Source: an uncultured bacterium (GTDB lineage Bacteria > Chloroflexota > UBA5177 > JANWHV01). Taken from it: a DNA stretch of 64,000 nucleotides. This document shows positions 60,964-64,000 of this stretch, piece after piece. The notes below the pieces were generated by a model. That model saw nothing but the letters and a program-made list of their open reading frames with translations. It was not told the origin of the DNA and made no database searches. The stretch is from positions 576,001 to 640,000 of the forward strand of contig CAWHAE010000012.1 of the NCBI GenBank assembly GCA_963827235.1, in the 5' to 3' direction. Each line of letters opens with the position of its first letter. The first letter of the stretch is position 1. Position numbers and translations under genes: made by a program.

Positions 60964-61605
60964 TTAGGTTGAGCGCAGCAGAACGCCGTTGAACAACAGG
61001 TCGGCCACGATATCCTCGACGTCGCCGGTGGCAGCCACCGTCCGGAAGGGGATGGCGAGGAAACAAAATGCCAGGCCGAGCAGCGCGGCCGCCGCATCCG
61101 GCGGCGTGACGCCCGGTCGTAGCGCTCCTTCATGCGCGGCCTGCTCGAACAAGGCGGTCAGCGGACCGAAAATGTGGCGGTGGCCCGCCTCATTCACGCG
61201 CTCCCGGGCTTCCGGTCCCAGATACTCCTCGTTATCGGCCAAAGAACGAGCAAAGTTGCGCGGCAACAGATCCCGCATCGTCGTGACCAGGGCAGTCACG
61301 CGGGCCCCCACGTCGCCCGGCGTAGCCGCTGCCTCAGCCAGGACGCGTCCGGTTTGTTCCAGACGTTCAAGAACCACCGTGAGATAGAGCGCTTCCTTAT
61401 CGGCAAAGTAGTAGTAGAGGCTGCCCTTTGTCAGCGGGCGCACTCGCGAGATCGCCTCGATCAGTGTGTTCATCGACACTGCCGCGTAGCCGTGCCGCGT
61501 AAAGAGCGCTTCCGCCACGTGCAGTATAAGCCGGCGCGTGTCCTCGACCGGCACTGCGTCGCGCTGGTCCACGCCGCTCTCAAGCCCTTCGTGTTCTCTG
61601 ACCAT
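60964..61605 (-). CDS. TetR/AcrR regulator
   Basis: ILHVAEALFTRHGY..TKGSLYYYFADKEALY. Confidence 0.9.
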   Translation of the reverse strand: MVREHEGLESGVDQRDAVPVEDTRRLILHVAEALFTRHGYAAVSMNTLIEAISRVRPLTKGSLYYYFADKEALYLTVVLERLEQTGRVLAEAAATPGDVGARVTALVTTMRDLLPRNFARSLADNEEYLGPEARERVNEAGHRHIFGPLTALFEQAAHEGALRPGVTPPDAAAALLGLAFCFLAIPFRTVAATGDVEDIVADLLFNGVLLRST

Positions 61606-61623
61606 TCTCGTCTCCCGTCGTCA

Positions 61624-61645
61624 CATACCTACCGGTCAGTATGTC
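61624..61645. promoter_or_regulatory. TetR autoregulatory operator
   Basis: CATACCTACCGGTCAGTATG imperfect palindrome just upstream of the start. Confidence 0.6.
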
Positions 61646-62000
61646 CACAATAGCTGGTCGATACCATGCCGTCAAGCAGGAGCTTTGGCAAGGCGGTGCC
61701 AGTACCGACTGGTCGACCGGTGGAAGACTTCGTTCGACAAGCACGCGACAGCAGCCGTCTCCCGGTCCTGCCTGGCGATTGCCCGGAGGATGTGCCTCTA
61801 TCAGAACCGGTCACGGTAGCAACCAAGTTGCACGTGTCTAGCGGCGGCTGAGGTCCGCGAGATGGGCGCAATGAGCGCGATCCGTGGGCCCACGCGGGAG
61901 GCTATGGATCGTCGATACGGCTCGATGGGCGTGCTCGCGCACCGCTCGACTGAGCACCCCGGGGTGAGAAGAAGCCGGGCACGGCGTCTTGGGCGGCGGT

Positions 62001-64000
62001 CTATTGGGTAGCAAGAGGCAGAACCAGGCGGAAGGTGCTGCCGTGCACGCCGGTGGATTCGAGGTCGAGCTCGCCGCCCATGGCGCGAGCCATCTGGCGA
62101 CCCAGGTATAGACCCAGGCCCGTGCCCACCCGGCCGGCGCGGGCGCGGCTGCCCGGCACGCGGCCGAAGCGCGTGAACAGGCGATCCTGGCCATGTGCCG
62201 GGATCCCCATGCCGAAGTCACGCACGCGCACCACGGCGTGCTCACCACTGACTGTCCACTCGATCTCGACTGGACTGCCGTCGGGTGAGTATTTGGCCGC
62301 GTTGTCCAGCAGATTGACCAGCACCTGGACCACGCGATTGGCTTCGCCGTGCACGGCGATACCGGCCGGACCGGTGCGCTCGATGGTTTGGCCCGCGTAG
62401 CCTGCCTGCACCTCGGCGACCGCGTGGCGCACCTGGGTGGCGAGGTCGATCGGCGCGCACTCCACGGCCAGCGCGTCCATGTCCAAGCGGCCGACCAGCA
62501 ACAGGTCCTCGACGAGCTTCTTCTGGCGATTGGCTGAGAGCACGATGCGTTGCACGTGCCCCTTCCGCGCCTCGTCCGAGAGCTGTTCCCAGCGTGCGGC
62601 GAGCAGCTCGCCATAGCCCACGATGGCGGTGAGCGGCGTGCGCAGCTCATGGCTGACCGAGGCGACGAAGCCGGCGCGCATGTTGGCCAGCTCGGCCGCC
62701 GCCCGGGCACGTTCTCGCTCGTGCACATAGAGGCGGGCTCGGTCCAGCGCCTGCGCTGTCAGGCTTGCCAGCGTAGTCAGAAATTCGCGTTGCTCGGGCT
62801 GGAAGCAACTACTGCTCCGGATGGCGACCAGCAAAGTTCCGGCGGCACCACCGTCCAGAGAGAGCGGCAGGATGGCGACCGCGCGGAAGCCGGCTGCCAC
62901 CAAGCCGGGCAGATGCAGCCCGTCGACCGGCCCGGCCGCAGTGAGGATTGGCTCCCACGCCGCTTGTCTCGTGCGCAGCACCAGGGAGACCAGGGGATTG
63001 CCTGCCGTGGGAAGACGAGCCGGGAACAGCGAGGCCAGCGCCGGCTCAACGTCGCCGGGTCGCTCCAGCCAGTCGCCGTCCTCGCTGAGCAGGCGGGGGA
63101 TGATCACGGCGTCGCCGAGCAGCGCCTTGCCTTCCGCAATCACTGCTGCCATGATCTCATCCGGGGTATGCACCACGGCCAGCGTAGCGGTCAGGCGCTG
63201 CAGCGCAGACAGCCTGGCCTGGCGCCCTGCCAGGCGACCCTGCAGGCGGTAGTTCTCCACCAGCACTACGATCTGCCGCGATAGCACCAGCATGACCAGC
63301 ATGCTGCCGCCCAGCAGGACTCCGCTCAAGAGGGCGTGGTCTGCCCCGAGGCGCCATGTGCCGAGCGCAACCGTGGCTACTAGCGGCAGCAGGGAGTAGG
63401 GCAGCAGGACGCGCACGAGCATCGGTATTTCGCCAGCCTCGCGGCCAGTGTCGGCGGGATCCGCGGCCTGCTCTTTGTGGCGCAGCACGGCCATGGCAAG
63501 GCCGGCCAGCAGCACTGCCAGCGGCCAGGCGGCGTCCACTGGGTCGCCGTAATGGTAGGTGCCGTTCAGGATCTGGGCGCCCTGGACGCTGTCGGCCACT
63601 GCCAGCAGGGCAAGGCTCGCCGAAGCCAGCTCGACCACCGGCAACAGCAGTCGGTCGAAGTCCTGCACCCAGAGCATGAGCACACATGCCAGCAGGAGGC
63701 AATCGCCCAGCGGGTAGGCGACGTAGGTGACCTTCGTCAGCGTGTCGGCAGGCCCATTGAGCACCATAGGGCCCACGGTGATCGGCCAGGCGCAGCTCAG
63801 CGCGGCGACCACGACAAGCAGGCCGTCCAGTCCGGCGCGCAACCGCTGCGTCGCGGTAAGCGGCCTGCGCGGCAGGAGCAGTACTACCGCGAGCAAGAAC
63901 ATGTATGCGACCAGGTCGAAGAGGTCGGTCAGGGAGGCCCGCATGGCGCGTTCGGTACCAAGTATTGACGCGATGAGGAAGATAGTCTGGCCGGCGACCG
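62001..64000 (-). CDS. Membrane sensor histidine kinase with GAF domain (5' end outside the window)
   Basis: Multi-TM N-terminus, GAF, SHELRTPLT, NLLDNAAKYS, DFGMGI, GTGLGL; frame open to the window edge. Confidence 0.9.
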   Translation of the reverse strand, partial: VAGQTIFLIASILGTERAMRASLTDLFDLVAYMFLLAVVLLLPRRPLTATQRLRAGLDGLLVVVAALSCAWPITVGPMVLNGPADTLTKVTYVAYPLGDCLLLACVLMLWVQDFDRLLLPVVELASASLALLAVADSVQGAQILNGTYHYGDPVDAAWPLAVLLAGLAMAVLRHKEQAADPADTGREAGEIPMLVRVLLPYSLLPLVATVALGTWRLGADHALLSGVLLGGSMLVMLVLSRQIVVLVENYRLQGRLAGRQARLSALQRLTATLAVVHTPDEIMAAVIAEGKALLGDAVIIPRLLSEDGDWLERPGDVEPALASLFPARLPTAGNPLVSLVLRTRQAAWEPILTAAGPVDGLHLPGLVAAGFRAVAILPLSLDGGAAGTLLVAIRSSSCFQPEQREFLTTLASLTAQALDRARLYVHERERARAAAELANMRAGFVASVSHELRTPLTAIVGYGELLAARWEQLSDEARKGHVQRIVLSANRQKKLVEDLLLVGRLDMDALAVECAPIDLATQVRHAVAEVQAGYAGQTIERTGPAGIAVHGEANRVVQVLVNLLDNAAKYSPDGSPVEIEWTVSGEHAVVRVRDFGMGIPAHGQDRLFTRFGRVPGSRARAGRVGTGLGLYLGRQMARAMGGELDLESTGVHGSTFRLVLPLATQ

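Overview
GC-rich bacterial genomic window. Gene content suggests a soil Chloroflexota-like organism, but that is inference. It holds a sugar ABC operon, a Ser/Thr kinase fused to an extracellular ligand-binding domain, several oxidoreductase and efflux operons with visible operators, clpB with a HAIR-like inverted repeat, a TPP-riboswitch thiamine salvage operon, arsR-arsM, two large BTAD/STAND-type regulators and several gene remnants, including an ISKra4-like transposase. Several genes carry single-base frameshifts that are probably sequencing errors. The most interesting locus is 28.8-33.6 kb. An 89-aa secreted propeptide with three identical, synonymously diverged ADGLGAQPFA cores lies divergent from a MalT-like ATPase-TPR-wHTH-BTAD regulator. 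Its promoter has SARP-type 11-bp-period heptamer repeats, and the promoter motif recurs ahead of a downstream NHLP-like gene and HD-GYP gene. This is a candidate undescribed peptide quorum-sensing system. All family calls are from motif recognition, not database searches.
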